A stretch of 64,000 nt of DNA from Botryllus schlosseri (GCA_051294905.1 CM119372.1:33234001-33298000), one strand, 5' to 3'; numbered from the stretch's first letter, positions 33,895 through 47,656 are shown. Notes: a model not told the origin generated them from the sequence alone. Translations and numbers: made by a program.

Positions 33895-34208
33895 CAGGGG
33901 GGGGGGGCAACTTTTTCGGTCGGCATGCCGGATATGGGTAAATGATGTCCTTGGTGGGCCGGATTACAGAATATATACATTCATCGCGTATTTATATCCA
34001 CCTACATACAAGGGAAAAAATCGTAATTTATGTGAACTGTACGGGGAGGTACAGGGAAGTAGTTTCATGTCCATCTTTATCAGGCTGGCAAACTTGGATT
34101 CATTCTGTGACGCATCAAATTCACCAATACAGAATAAAATTTCACTTTCAGGATAGAAACTCTCCGCGGGCCGGATCCGGCCCGCTGGTCGTATGTTGCC
34201 CGTCCGTG
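33895..34208. mobile_element. hAT-type MITE (GGCCGGAT family)
   Basis: Perfect TSD GCATAGGA (33887-33894, 34209-34216); right half also present at 3230-3386. Confidence 0.8.
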
Positions 34209-34324
34209 GCATAGGACATGTCAATAATCAATAATCGTTGAGATATATTTCATCTGAACAAGACACACACAAAGTACAATGCGATGTAATGAACAGATAT
34301 GAGGAGGTCGAACGACGCGCAGAT

Positions 34325-34590
34325 GTGGTCTTTATTCAGACTGACATCCACCTCGGCCTAGAGTGCCCGCCGCCGTCACAATTCTTTTCGATGTTGATCT
34401 TTTTGAAGACGTGGCTCTTTCTAGTTTATTCCATTCCTTGTGAGTGCTGTCTTTCTTCGGGTCTTTCGCAGAGCTTTTTTTGTCGGCGACGGCTGGGGAG
34501 GAGGAGCCCATCAGATAAACCGCTGACGGGAATCGAACCGTGACCGTCCAATTATAGTACTCTTATCGTCACCAGTACGCTATCTCCTCC
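34325..34590 (-). mobile_element. Probable tRNA-derived SINE (third family)
   Basis: Minus strand A box TAGCGTACTGG, B box GGTTCGATTCC, non-tRNA body ending near AATAAA. Confidence 0.55.
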
Positions 34591-35635
34591 ACATGTTGGC
34601 GATTAGGACCAGAATAGCACTTTTTCATCTCCCCAAACACTGGCCTTGGACCCCGTTAGGGTGTTCGGCCTCACTTCTTGGCAAGGGTGTCAAGCTCAAT
34701 TGACGTCGCGGGCCGGACTCAAATATTCAGATCACTTGCGGGCCGCATCAGTAAAATGATTCCAAAATATTAGGCCTACTTCAAAATCCATACCCTTGTT
34801 TTTCATTTGAGTACTTTGCCATCACACCTAGATACACAATAGTATATTCCGGAAAATAGGGGTTCTATTCGAGCTTTATTCGCAAACAATGGAATTGGCA
34901 ATAATATACGATGATTTCGCGACTAAATACAGTTACAAACCGATATAACAATAACAGTGTGTCTCCAACTATTATGATAGTATATAAGTTGGCATATTTC
35001 TATGTTCCCTTTGTTTCAGTCGTATACTATAGCTCTAGCTGACGTCATAACGCTGCGTATGCGTTGAGAGGAATAGAAAAGATTTTGCGGTAAACGCGGA
35101 CGTTGATATTTAGTTCAATATTATCATTATCATATCACGATTCAGGTTTCTCTTGGCGCTTTGAGTCAGAACTAATAATGTAGCAGTACGACCATAGATA
35201 TTTCAATTATGTTTGCGCGTAACTATTATGTACCCCATATAACCTGTATGTACGGGTTTCGCATTGGCGTTTTCGCTTCTGTGAATATAACTAGTTGTGG
35301 TAAATATTTAGGGAGTTTGTAGTTGGTTGACTAAAAAAAGGTCATTTTCCGACTCGACTCCAGAAATATACACTTTTTTGTATTCTTCGTTGGTTGTCTA
35401 AAAAAAGAAGAAAATGTCAACTTTCTTTCTCAACTCCCGAAATACCCACCGGAACGTTAATTGAGTACAAATATTTCCTATATCACAGTTGAATTTTAAA
35501 ATTAATTTAATCAAAATTCTCAAAAAAGCGGACAAATTCTCAAAAAAGAGGACATTTAGGCGTCCTCCGAGGACACGTTCAAAAATGTCAAAAAAGAGGA
35601 CATATGGTAAATTGGTAACCCTACCTAATGGTTTC

Positions 35636-38142
35636 CAGTGACGTGCAGTCAAATGAGGCAAGTGAGGCGATGCCTCACCTGTCGTCAGGGTGAGTAAGAG
35701 AAAATTGTTAAAATCCTCAATGATTATTGATCTTTTCCATCGATGTTAATAAATAACTAACTTTGAACACTTTTTCACCCAACATCATCAATTTGCATAA
35801 TTATTATTATTCAAAAATACAACGCGAAAGGTGAGGTGCGAGGCACAGTTGAGGCACGGTCGGGTTGTGCCTCACCTGCATCAATGCAATTCATCATAAA
35901 CAGCTCGGAACTCATAATAACTCGTATCAATCGAATGCTATCGTCGCACTGATTCTGAAAAGCTATCTTTTAACAGTGTCAGAGCACCAGAACTAGGGTT
36001 GGGCCTTTGGGATCAAATTTGAAATCCCGGGATCGGGATTTCGCGGGATTTGCGCTTCTCAATCCCGGGATTTCCCGGGATCAGCAAATTAGTAAAATAC
36101 ACATACAAGCTGCACACACAACATTTATTCCTTGTAGTATTGACGCAAAAACATGCTCCCGTGAATATGAATGAAACCCAGCGACCGTAGGCCACTGGGA
36201 TAATGAGCGTTTAAATTCATGTACCGCCTGTTTCGTGTAGAAGTTGATTCGTCAAACGTCCAATGCTGCGTTTCATTTCCATAAGCTCTTCTTCCACACA
36301 CTTACGGACTTATTTGCTGTGCTTGATCACCAAGTCACGAACCCGTCTGCGACATTTTGACAAGTCATAGCCATAAGCCTCGAATGCCCGACGAATTCGC
36401 TCACTTTGGGTAATTGAATAAATGTTAACTCGTACACAGTAGTTAACTGGCTAAGAAGTTCATCGAGGCGAAGCTTATGCGATTTATTTATAGGAATCGA
36501 TCTTCCTCATCTTTATTTTTGACTGATCTTCCTTTGACGTGTTCGATTGAATCATGCATGATTTAATTACTATCATTTGTACGGACCTTAAATGCGTTAT
36601 TTGTCCCTTTGTGCTAGACACTGAAGCTTTCAAAACGTGTTGACACAAGTTGCATTTGGCTTTTTATGTAGATTTATGAAACAAACAGTTTCGCCAAACA
36701 TGTGATTTTCTCTTTGCATTGACATCTTCGAAATTCGCCACTATTCGACCAGTATTTCACCTCCACAGCACACCGTCCTTGTGACTTTCCTATACTCAGT
36801 TACACTGCTACGATTCGTAGACTACGACTGATTGTATAGTTCATTGTTATGCCATAGCTGGCTTTGATATCAAATAATTGTGAATTGTTTTAGACAATCA
36901 GCAGAGTTTGTGACAATTGCTTTATTACCAAAATAAGAGATATGGCGTTACGTAAGCCTTGGATAATGCTCTACACAAATCCCGTGATTCCATTGGGATT
37001 AATCCCGGGATCGGAATTGCTTCAAATCCCGGGATCCCGGGATCGGGACTTTCCGGGGTCCCAACGCTAACCAGAACCCCCTCATAATCACCAAGGAATA
37101 TGACATTCGGCTTTATTATAGAAAATGCCATCGTAGAGAAACATTAGCCAGGTGAGGCACAAATGAATCTGCCTCATGCACTATTCGCTAACAATCGGAC
37201 AATCGCAGCACAGCGAAACGCGCTATCGATTTCGGAAACCAACAGTCTTCTAGAAATTGTATAAGTAGCGACGGCCAATACGTAGTGCGAAGCAAATACG
37301 CCCCCTTGCTGATGTTATGCATTTTCCATCCATAGCTATACGTAAATCGTGGTATGTGATAGCTCCTTACATGAAGCCTGAGTTGTCGTTGTTTGTGGCC
37401 CTTATGGTGTTTTCGACTGCAATAGTCATTTACACCAGTAGATATTCTATGTTTGATTCCATATCTGCCAACTTGTAGCACGGTCCACTTCTAGGTTTTT
37501 GTAAGATACCGCTGACAATCTTACATGGAACAGATGGCGAGGAGTAGCCTATAGATAGCCTGCGTCTGAAGATGGCTAATGTGATAAGAAACAGGACGCT
37601 AATTCAATCAGATAACCTTGTAGGTTTTATATATTTGCGAATCTTAATCCACGGAAATCAGCATCCCCAGACCCCAATCAAAATCTTGAATCTAACCCTG
37701 GTTTTCCACAGTCTGAATGATGGGCTGAATGTTCGATGTTAGTGAGCGACATATTTAGTTTGCTAATACAGTTCTATTTCAATCTTGAAAAAAAAGGAGT
37801 TTGAACGAGCAAATAGCTATAGAGACTAATAGACCGAAATTAGGACCTTAAATAACGTATTTTTTAATATTTTCCGGTGAGCAATCTGTATTATTAAATT
37901 ACTGAATATTTCACTAAAGGAAAAAAATTGAATATGTATTGCAGAATGTAGAATAGAAACGACTAACAGGGTGCAGAGAAAACGCTGTCGCCTGGTCGCT
38001 TCTCTTGCTACTGATGTGTTCACATATTTGTGTATATCAGGTATTTCACCTGTATGGGTCTGTGCGTGTGTGTGTGTGTGGGAGTGGGGGTGGGGGTGGG
38101 GGTCAGTGCCTCACCAGCCACGAACCTCACTGCACGTCACTG
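35636..38142. mobile_element. Non-autonomous hAT element (TGAGGCA subterminal repeats)
   Basis: TIR CAGTGACGTGCAGT; TSD ATGGTTTC (35628-35635) / ATGGTTAC (38143-38150). Confidence 0.85.
35994..37069. mobile_element. hAT-type MITE, ATCCCGGGAT family, nested
   Basis: TIR TAG(G/C)GTTGGG; perfect TSD ACCAGAAC (35986-35993, 37070-37077). Confidence 0.88.
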
Positions 38143-39401
38143 ATGGTTACTATAGAACTCAAAACACGGCTTTCGGGTGGTTATGATGTAGGGTTACCAT
38201 ATTTATGTTAAGCAAATTCCTGGCACTCTTCAGCGCTCACTAGCGGATTTTAAAATGAGGTAAACCACATTTTCTATCAATATGACGTCACACCAGCAAA
38301 GCTTTGCCTATCGGCCATAGTCTTGGGTTACCATATTTTTGTGGCCCAACATCCGGACACTTTTTAGCGCCTACTAGCGGGTTTTACAATGAGGTCTGAA
38401 CACATTGTCTGTCAATATAACGCCACACTGGCAAAATCGACTGTATACAGGAATGGAGTGGCACATAGGTCATGAATTGTGCCATCAGTAATGTGAGCTC
38501 TGGTGATTGCTTTGCTAGGGTCTGTAATAGATTTCTTCACGGACCCGATGAAATCGTCTGGCCGGCCGTGTCTGGCTTGTTGGGATTGTGTTTGACAGCC
38601 CTGCATAGTACTAGGTCGGTGCGAATATCTGGTTGTGTGCTTTAACCAGGTCCGAAACAACATTTTTTCAGACCCCTTCCGCCCAAAAAAGCACTGATCT
38701 TGGGCCCACCATTGGGTAATCGATGTAATTTCTTGAGCTCTTACTATATGCATTTGGTTGTTAAATCTTTTGAATGGATTCTGTCAATACTATTGATTCT
38801 GCCATATATTAGCCGGATGCTATAAAATGCACCAGCAGGTTGCACAGCTGGTGATTTCCAACCTTTTATGATCGCGACCTCATTTCCAATTTGAAAATGT
38901 TCCATGTCCCTGCCCAAAATTTGATAAGCTGATTACTAAAAAAATTCAGCTTGCCCTGACTTACTCAAGGCCTATTTTGGAAGCTGATTACGTCCAACTT
39001 CATCTTCGCGATCCCCAGATAAAGGCAAACGACCCCAAGATTCGTAACCCCTGTCTGTGACTGAAGCATCCAATTGGCCTTAACCAACTCAAGGAATATA
39101 CCGTCAGCTCTTAGCTTGTAATTGCGATTACAATTAGACCTATTTCAGTAAATGATGGTTGTTTATATTTATTTTTGATTTCATTTTTTTGCGAGGGCGC
39201 TGCCTGGTCCCCATATTAATATCAATATAAGTTGCATTACCTCGATTGATATATCATACCGTATTTGGTCGATTAGGCCCCTTCCTATCTGTTCATTACA
39301 TCGCATTGTAATTGTGCGTCTTGAGCACAAATGTAAACATAGACGCGTACGATTACTAATAATCGCGCAAAGCGCAAAGACAAAATTCGACTCAGATAAA
39401 T

Positions 39402-39814
39402 TAGTGTTACCATATTTTGGAATCGGGAACGGAGGACACTTTTACCATATCAGAAAAGTTAGTTGATCAAGAGTAAAAACAGCGGATTTTGCTATTTTCG
39501 CTGGTGTGGAGTTGACTAAAAAAACGGTCATCACTTTCGTTCGACTCACGATTACACACTTTTTACTTGAATTTAGTGGTGTCGACTAGATAAAAAAAGG
39601 TCGTCACTTTCGATCGACTACCGGATTATCCACTCGAACGTCCGTATTTGCTATTTAGCGTCATTTACGCCCATTACAGTCGAATCGGCCCTTATCCTAG
39701 CTGTAAAGGAGGATGCATTACTAAAAAGGACATTTAGGCGTCCTCGGAAGACATTTTCAAAAACCTCGAAAAAGAGGACAAATCCTCCTAAAGGGAGGAC
39801 GTATGGTAACCCTA
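39402..39814. mobile_element. MITE, TAGGGTTACCATA family
   Basis: TAGTGTTACCATA...TATGGTAACCCTA; reverse-complement similarity to 20173-20629. Confidence 0.75.
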
Positions 39815-39929
39815 AATAAATAATCTGCACACAAATATTATATTTTAGGTGGATTTACAAAGTAGTCTTCGACTCGTCCAAGCTTATCCCCAATTCGGGG
39901 GCTTGGGGCGCGGCAGTTAAGGTCTTGCC

Positions 39930-40130
39930 GGTGATATCTATTGTTTTACGCCAAAATTCGTCTGCATATCATGGGCTACCAAATTCCAGGCATTCACGTC
40001 AGTAGGCCGACCTGAAGTGTGGGACAGCATCTCGCTGGTCGCCGACAGTAGTCGAGCATGTTCAGTTGTTCACATTCAAGTTGAAATACAAGCAATTTCT
40101 ACTGAATCAATACTTGCTGGCCTCAAGACT
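39930..40130 (+). mobile_element. Decayed CR1/L2-group LINE ORF2 C-terminus
   Basis: FKLKYKQFLLNQY; matches the reverse complement of 59840-59950. Confidence 0.65.
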
Positions 40131-40299
40131 TCGAAATACGCTTTTGCGTTACTCATTGCTATACTATAATGAATAAGTTTTGGTCGATAATATTGCTGTT
40201 CTGCGTATGGTACGTAGCAAGATATATTCCATACTTATTTTTGAAATATTGTAGAATGTATAGATCATTGCGGTAGTCGACAGAAACAACACGGAGGCC

Positions 40300-40515
40300 G
40301 TGGCGGGTTAGAGTCTGACCGAGGTCGACTCCAGAATTCCTGTTGGATGTTTATCTAGGCTCCGCCTCGCCATCTCATCCGGGTAAGCGGTGTCTTACAA
40401 AAGCTTGAAAGTGGGCCGTGCTACAAGTCAGCAGCCCCAGAATAAAAATGAAAAATATCGGCCTGGTGTAAATGACCATAGCAGTCGACAAACACCACGA
40501 ATAACACACACACAA
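40300..40515 (+). mobile_element. SINE family B copy with I-group-like 3' stem-loop and (CA)n tail
   Basis: Degenerate B box GGTTAGAGTC, GTCGACTCCAGAATTCC body, TGGTGTAAATGACC...GTCGACAAACACCA tail. Confidence 0.7.
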
Positions 40516-40765
40516 AAGCAGAGGCAGTGTATAGTGTCTGCGTCTGCAATCAGGGAAATTGCCAGCTGATATACTGCTGTACCCTTTGATAGAACTCAAT
40601 ACGATCGGTTCCTAGGCTTTTATTAACATAAAAGTAAGATAGTATATCTGAATCCAACAAGTCTGTAAAACAGAGTTAACGCAGATACAATGAACAGAAG
40701 CGACGCCACAGCCAAGTGACCCATCTGGTACAGAATGAAATGAAAAGTCACGCAAAGGTAATCAG

Positions 40766-41652
40766 TAGGGCAAGTTTTCGTTGCACTAAAATCGCGGGAA
40801 AGTTGTATTTAATTTTACCAAAAGTTGCAGTAAAAAGTTGCATTTATAATTTTTGTTGAATTATTAGGGTATGAGATACTTGAAAGGTTACTTTGTATAA
40901 CCTAATTACTGCAGAGCTGTCAAATTTGTTACTTTATGGCCATTTATCGCACGGTCTGGCGGAACTGCCAAAAATTACATTTTTTCCGGCACATCGTAAG
41001 AAAATTGCGCAATGCTGGAATAATTTTCCCCCAAAAAAGCCAAACAGCATAGCGATAGCCCCTTCCCCTAAAACAAGTCAAATAACACACCCCAAACCCC
41101 CTAGGTCTGCAAACTTGATCCAAGGCATTACAGAAAAACTCAGTCTGGTTGACTTTAACAAAGGCAATAGCCTGAAAAAGGTACGTGACTCAGTGAAAAT
41201 GTAATTTTCGGCAGTCTCGCCTGGTCGCTCGTGCAATGGGAAACTGTTTCAAATTTAAACGACAGAATACATGAAGCGATCTATTTACATATTGTTCGGG
41301 CACGGTCGTGCTTGGCAGGGGTAGTTGAATTTCCTGCTTGCAAGCCATTGTGTCAGAGATAACAGTGAGATGCAGCTAACCCACCATACAGCGTTTGTTT
41401 TGCAAATCAAAGAGATAAAACCAAATTTGAAATAGTTTACAGCATGTTTTTAAATAACTCTGATACATTTTAACGCAATATTTGATAAAAGTTGCCGTAA
41501 AAATTGGCAAGAAAAATAGGGAAAAGTTGCAAAAAGTTGCACTATAAAATCCCTCCAAACAGCTTAAAACATCATAGTAAATAGATTCCGAGTATCCAGG
41601 AAGCTGTCGGAAGCTGTAAAAAAAGTTGCAAAGGTTGCAAAAACTTGCCCTA
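40766..41652. mobile_element. hAT-type MITE (AAGTTGCA subterminal repeats)
   Basis: TIR TAGGGCAAGTTTT; perfect TSD GTAATCAG (40758-40765, 41653-41660). Confidence 0.9.
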
Positions 41653-41940
41653 GTAATCAGAAAGCAATCAGCATTAACACCCACCCAGTGGTCAGAAGGA
41701 ACTGAATCACCACACATACTTTGATGGTCTTGAGCAGTGGTTCCCAACCTTTTTGAATGTTGGAGCCGCATTTCAAACTTCAGAGTACGTATGGAGCCAC
41801 ATGAAAACACTCGAGTGGGCTAATTATAACGAAAATTCAACGAAGCTAATTCAAAAGGATGCACAATTGCATATGCATATAGACTTCTATAGGTTCTAAA
41901 TTAGTTATTTTCGCATTAATAGACGCAGATTGACCAGTGC

Positions 41941-42194
41941 TAGGGATACCATACGTCCTCCTCCAGGAGAATTTGTCCTCCTTTTTCAGGTTTTTGAAAA
42001 TGTCCTCCGAGGACGCCTAACTCCTGACGATAAATAGCAAAGATCGTGGTTCGATCGAGAGTGACGACCTTTAGTCAACTCACCAAATTTTACAGCAAAA
42101 ATCGCGAAATCGACTGTTTTCAGTCTTGGTCAACCAACTTTCCTGATTTCGTAAAAGTGTCCTCCTTTCCCGATTACAAAATATGGTCACCTTG
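41941..42194. mobile_element. MITE, TAGGGTTACCATA family
   Basis: Degenerate TIRs; TSD ACCAGTGC / ACGAGTGC. Confidence 0.75.
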
Positions 42195-42609
42195 ACGAGT
42201 GCTACACGTTGAAATATAGTGAGAATGCATATCATTACTACAACATACTACTATGTCGGTATATGATAGCTCTTCAAACATTCCAGCACCTATGCACAAG
42301 TTTGTGGGGGATTATACGCTGAGCAATATTGGACTTGACTATGAGCTGTTATTTTGCTGCAGGCATATATAGAACTTTTTAGTAATCAGCCTATCAATTT
42401 TCGAGCTGATCCACGTAACATTTTCAAATCAGAAAATGAGGTCGTTACCATAAAAGGTTTGAAACCAGCGGATGTGCACCCTGCTAGTGTGTTTTATTGT
42501 AATATATGGAAGAACCAGCATTATTGACAGAATTCATTTACAAAGTTTTATAACCAGGTGCATATAGTTATAGTAGGCCCCCAAGAAATTGCATCGATTA
42601 CCCTATGGT

Positions 42610-44109
42610 CAATGTTCCCTCTAAGCTGCGCACGTGCGCAAATGCGCAGTGCTGAAGCGGTCTCTCCGCACAGAAAATCTAAGTTGCGCACAAAAAATCA
42701 GAAGTGATGTTTTTTTTAAAGTCGTTGCGTACTGTTGTCCGAGGGACCACGCAGGGGCGCAAACTCGTGAAAAATTAGAGGGAACATTGCCAGGGGCAAA
42801 TAGTGTTATCGCTGAAGTCTTACACCGAGGTACAAGTGCGGCCTGCAAAGGTAAATATCGCGCTCCGTGAAGAAATGAGACTTTGCAATCACGGGCGCCT
42901 AACGAAAAATCTTTTATTTTAGTATGGTCTCGTACGCGTGAGCGATATTGATATCATCTCAATAGCGCATTATTTTCTGGGAATGGCGAAATAACATGGT
43001 TTAACAAAGTTATAGATAACAATGGGCTAGCTCGAAGATAATCTGCGAGAAACTAGCGCATAGTCTTCTCCGCGTGTCATGAACATTTCGTAAGATTTCT
43101 TCAGGACCTTAACTGCCGCACCCCAAACCCTCAATTAGGGGGACGAGATCGAAAGGAGACCAAAATTATTTCGTGAATTATAGAATTAACATAAATCATG
43201 GTGTATTTTTTTGGAACTTTTTCAAAATATTTTTCGCGCCGCGCGCGAATTAATTTTGTCAAATATCTTGATTATTGGATACCCTTCCAATAACAAAAAA
43301 TACGCGTGATTAAGAGAAATGGGCATTTGGGCGTCGGCCATTACCTCGCCACGACACACCAAGACATATGAAATTATAGGCTATGTGACATGCGACTCCG
43401 AGAAGTGCGCCAAAACGATGACCGGCGAGAAAACCTTGGCTGAAAAGGACTGCCCTATATGCTGACCGAAAACTTCGATTCATACATATAAGTTTAAGTG
43501 TTCATAGGCGCGTAAATGGCTGGCACTGAATGTTCATGTGCTGGCGATCCGAGTCCCACAATAAGACAAATGTCATGTCTATAGGGAACATTATTTACCA
43601 GTAGAAAAATACCAATTTTAAATCGTGTCCGTGTTTTAGTTCAGTACGTTTGAGTGATTTCAATGTCTCTTGACATAGCCGAAAGGAGGTCACGAAATAG
43701 CATCATGCAACGAAGTCATTACACCTACGGGTGTGCCCGAAGATGTTTAATTAATATTTAGAGGACCTACCTTTTTTAACACACCTCACTCGATCAGCTT
43801 TACCGGTAAATCTGATTATGTGAGCAGAGAGAGGATAAAAATGGATAGCAATAGATATAGGCAATTCTCGATCATATTGACCGATTCAATCATGAACCAT
43901 ATAAAATTTTCGCGCTTTGCGCGTTCAGGCGACACAGCCACCAAACCTGCCCCGATGTAGATGATAAGTATCGGCAAAAAGCACAGAGCCCGATAGGGGG
44001 GTTATGTTTATTACCTTATGTGGGGGGCTGGTTGCGCACTATTGTCCAAGGGCCTGCGCAGTGAGTTAACGTGTTTGCGCAGACTCGTGAAAAATTAGAG
44101 GGAACATTG
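42610..44109 (+). mobile_element. Composite hAT-type element with one left and two right TIRs
   Basis: CAATGTTCCCTCTAA at 42610; TTAGAGGGAACATTG ending at 42789 and at 44109; perfect TSD CCTATGGT (42602-42609, 44110-44117). Confidence 0.85.
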
Positions 44110-45100
44110 CCTATGGTGGGCCCAAGATCAGAGCTTTTCTGGGCGGAAGGGGGCTGAAAACATGTTGTTTCGGACTTGGATATAACACACAACCAGATAA
44201 CCGCACCGACCTAACAACATAGCAGGGCTGTCAAACAGGACCGGCGGACCAGATACGGTCCACTAGACGATTTCATCCGGCCCGCGAAGAAAGCTGTTGT
44301 AGGCCCGCAACCAATCACCAGCGCTTACATTAGAGATGGCCCAATTCAGAATCTATGTTACACTTCACTCCTCTATATTAGTGGTCGGGAACCTATGGCT
44401 CGCGAGCCATATATAACTCTTTTGGGTATTAGATATGACTCTTTGCGAAATTTTAATTTTTGTGCTCAATTTATCAATATTGCAGCAACTTGTTATTAAA
44501 TCTTCCGCCTGTATCACAATGCAGTTTTCAAATACGCATTGGTGAGAAATGAACTGCAGTGGAAGTGACATTCACAATTACAATTTCAAATTACAAACAA
44601 CGCCATAGCTATCCACATTCTTGATTGATAACGTATAGCTTTGTAGCCGCTGTTATCGAGTAGGCGTGAGGCGCATCGTCGTGTTACTGCTGAATACTTT
44701 GAGAATTGAGAAGTCGAATCGGAATCAGTGCGACAATTACATTCGATTGATATCAGTTATTACAAATTCTACGATAGTTACGATGAATTGCGCTACCACA
44801 GGGAAGGCCTGGCTGGCTCGGCCGTGCCTCACCTATGCCTCACCTCTCTTATCACGCTTTATTTTCAAACAATAAATAGGCAAGTTGCGTTATTTTTATC
44901 GTAAAAAAATTCAAAATCTAGCACACATAGGTGAGGCACTGCCTCCCCTGACCCCATTCACTGACGCATCACACATTCCAGGAGGTATACAATATGCATA
45001 CTGCTGTATAGTGAGTGACCATGTTTGGCTCCACATATACGTATGTCATCATGGGTCCTAGCATTTAGAAATAGTATCTAGAGGAAATTACGATCTAGTA

Positions 45101-45397
45101 CAGTGGTTCCCAACCTTTTTTTAGACATGCCCCCTTTGTGATGGTGAAAAATTTCGCGCCCCCCTTATCGTCATATCACAAAATCCAACCGGGGTCCTAG
45201 CAACCCCAACAGATTGTTTGATGGCATGGAAGGGTATGACTGTTGATGAAAGAATTCAAAAATATGAAATTCGGTCTATATATAGAGAAACACGCGTGAA
45301 TTTGAGGTAAATCGCGCAAAGCGCGAAAAAAAGTTCAGTGTACTGCTTCTTCGCGCCCCCTTCAGATGCTTTCACGCCCCCAGGTTGGGAACCACTG
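45101..45397. mobile_element. hAT (Charlie/Buster-like) MITE
   Basis: TIR CAGTGGTTCCCAACCT; perfect TSD ATCTAGTA (45093-45100, 45398-45405). Confidence 0.92.
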
Positions 45398-45654
45398 ATC
45401 TAGTATAACTGACGAAAGTCTCAAATTTTGTATGAAGCTTAACCTCAACAATTGAAAGCTATCAGGAATACCATGCAACACCGAAAACCGCATAAACTGT
45501 AAAATGCGTGTAAAAATTATAGATTCATAATTTTACTGTTGTCTGCGTCTGTTGGAAATCTATATGTTAATTGTCTTAAGCATAGAAAAATATCATATGC
45601 ATCTCAGTGCAATACCATTAAAAATATATAACTTACAAAAGATCTATGTAGCTT

Positions 45655-47129
45655 AGGGTTGTTCAGATTTGAAAAATTGTCAGGAAACTTCGATGCTTGT
45701 GACCCAAATGAAGGTTTAGTACATAAAAACACTTTTATGAGCAATTTTGGTCATCTTCGTCGTGATCTTCTATCCCCGAAAACCCCCCAAAGATCCACGG
45801 GGCAATTCTCCTTACTACTGGATATGCAATGTTAACCACGTTACCGGTTTATAGCTTTTGTGACGTTATCAGTTGTAAACGGCCGTGTAGAGATGATATA
45901 TTGCAATAAAATAGCCATGATTTCAAAATTGTACTTAACTGCAGTCCCATAAAGGCCACATGCACAACGATTTCACTCTGCACAAACTGTCTATCATGAT
46001 CATGGGAATCATGTATTGGTTGCACCATTGACATCGGCTTGTTTTGGATCGTACATTGAAGAAGCGCCGTTGGGTTGCAATTCGTGACCAAATACTGATA
46101 TTCCCAGCTAGTTTTCAGCCATAAGATATTATTCAGAGGTATGTAATGTCAGTAATACTTTTCTCAACTTCAAATCATCTGTAAAATACCGAGTTATCTT
46201 ATTTTATGGTAGACTGCAATTTAGTTGCAGAAGAAAGTCTGAAACAAAGCGGATATGGGTTTTGCGGACCAACCATGAATAAGATTCAGGTCTGCCTACT
46301 ATTTGGTCTGATATTCTGGTCACTATTCGGAAGGATATTTATCTGAGTGTATCTGAGTGTCACTCCAAGTTACCGACTGTAGATGAGGTTCTACTACATC
46401 CGCCATATCTGAAAGAAAATTGCCCCGAAACTACCACAACGCACGACTGTGTCCTTCTAACTGTTGAAGAGGTTGACAATGTATGGAATATGACAAGAAT
46501 ATCTATAAGGCAAGCGCTGAACATTGTGTTGATGCATTGTTTCAGGCATTCTTCTTCAACTAAATTGCAGTCTACCATAAAATAAGATAACTCGGTATTT
46601 TACAGATGATTTGAAGTTGAGAAAAGCATTACTGACATTACATACATTTTAATAATATCTTATGGCTGAAAACTAGCTGGGAATATCAGTATTTGTTGAC
46701 GAATTGCAACCCAACGGCGTTTCTTCAATGTACGATCCTAAACAAGCCGATGTCAATGGTGCAACCGATACATGATTCCCATGAGCATGATAGACAGTTT
46801 GTGCAGAGTGAAATCGTTGTGCATGTGGCCTTTATGGGACTGCAGTCAAGTACAATTTTGAAATCATGGCTATTTTATTGCAATATATCATCTCTACACG
46901 GCCGTTTTCAACTGATAACGACACAAAAGCTATAAACCGGTGACGTGGTCAACATTGCTTATCCAGTAGTAAGGAGAATTGCCCCGTGGATCTTTGGGGG
47001 GGTTTCGGGGATAGAAGATCACGACGAAGATGACCAAAATTGCTCATAAAAGTGTTTTTATGTACTAAACCTTCATTTGGGTCACAAGCATCGAAGTTTC
47101 CTGACAATTTTTCAAATCTGAACAACCCT
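45655..47129. mobile_element. Foldback element with ~595-bp near-identical inverted arms (possibly Mutator-like)
   Basis: 45655-46250 is the reverse complement of 46534-47129 with few mismatches; ~280-bp spacer; flanks share only GTAGCT (degenerate 9-10 bp TSD?). Confidence 0.85.
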
Positions 47130-47656
47130 CCCGTAGCTCAAGTTTCGCATAGGCCTACTCATCACTCAAATAAGGCAACCAGCATGATTAGTAGCCTACG
47201 AATTTTTACAGATAAAATACGGTGCAAACGACGAAACCCATGTAGTGATTTCGAATTTGCGCTACGATGACGTCACGATCTTTTGATTGTGACGTAGTAT
47301 TTGAATGACATGCATGGCTCTTTGGGAGTTAAAATGGAAAATATAGGGTCAATTTGGCTCTTTGGACCAAAAAGGTTCCCGACCACTGGTCTATACAGTC
47401 GATAGGCGAAGCTTTGCTAATGTGACGTCAGATTGACTGACAATGTATTCATACCCCATTGTAAACCCGCTAGTGGGCGCTAAAGACTGGGGAATTTGAG
47501 CCACAAAAGTAGATTAACCCTGATGTACAGAAATTGACTATAACTATTCAATATTCATAGAAATAGACAACAACTGTCGTCTATCATAGTTTTGTGACAT
47601 ATGTCGAGAGCAATCAGAGCCACAAGAAGGCAACCTTGAAGCTGCGGTTGGGAATC

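Larger units (their letters stand above)
44379..47388 (+). mobile_element. hAT-type element (paralog of 24540-25401) with nested insertions
   Basis: Both ends align to 24540-25401; degenerate TSD CTCTATAT / GTCTATAC. Confidence 0.7.

Noticed and set aside
37563..37595. Hammerhead-like CTGAAGA...GAAAC; also a Penelope-like GTCGAAACG on the minus strand near 51435
   Set aside because: Stem II cannot pair in the first, and the CUGANGA core is missing in the second.
45849..46935. Twin 80-aa ORFs on opposite strands
   Set aside because: Mirror images within the foldback arms; no recognisable domain.
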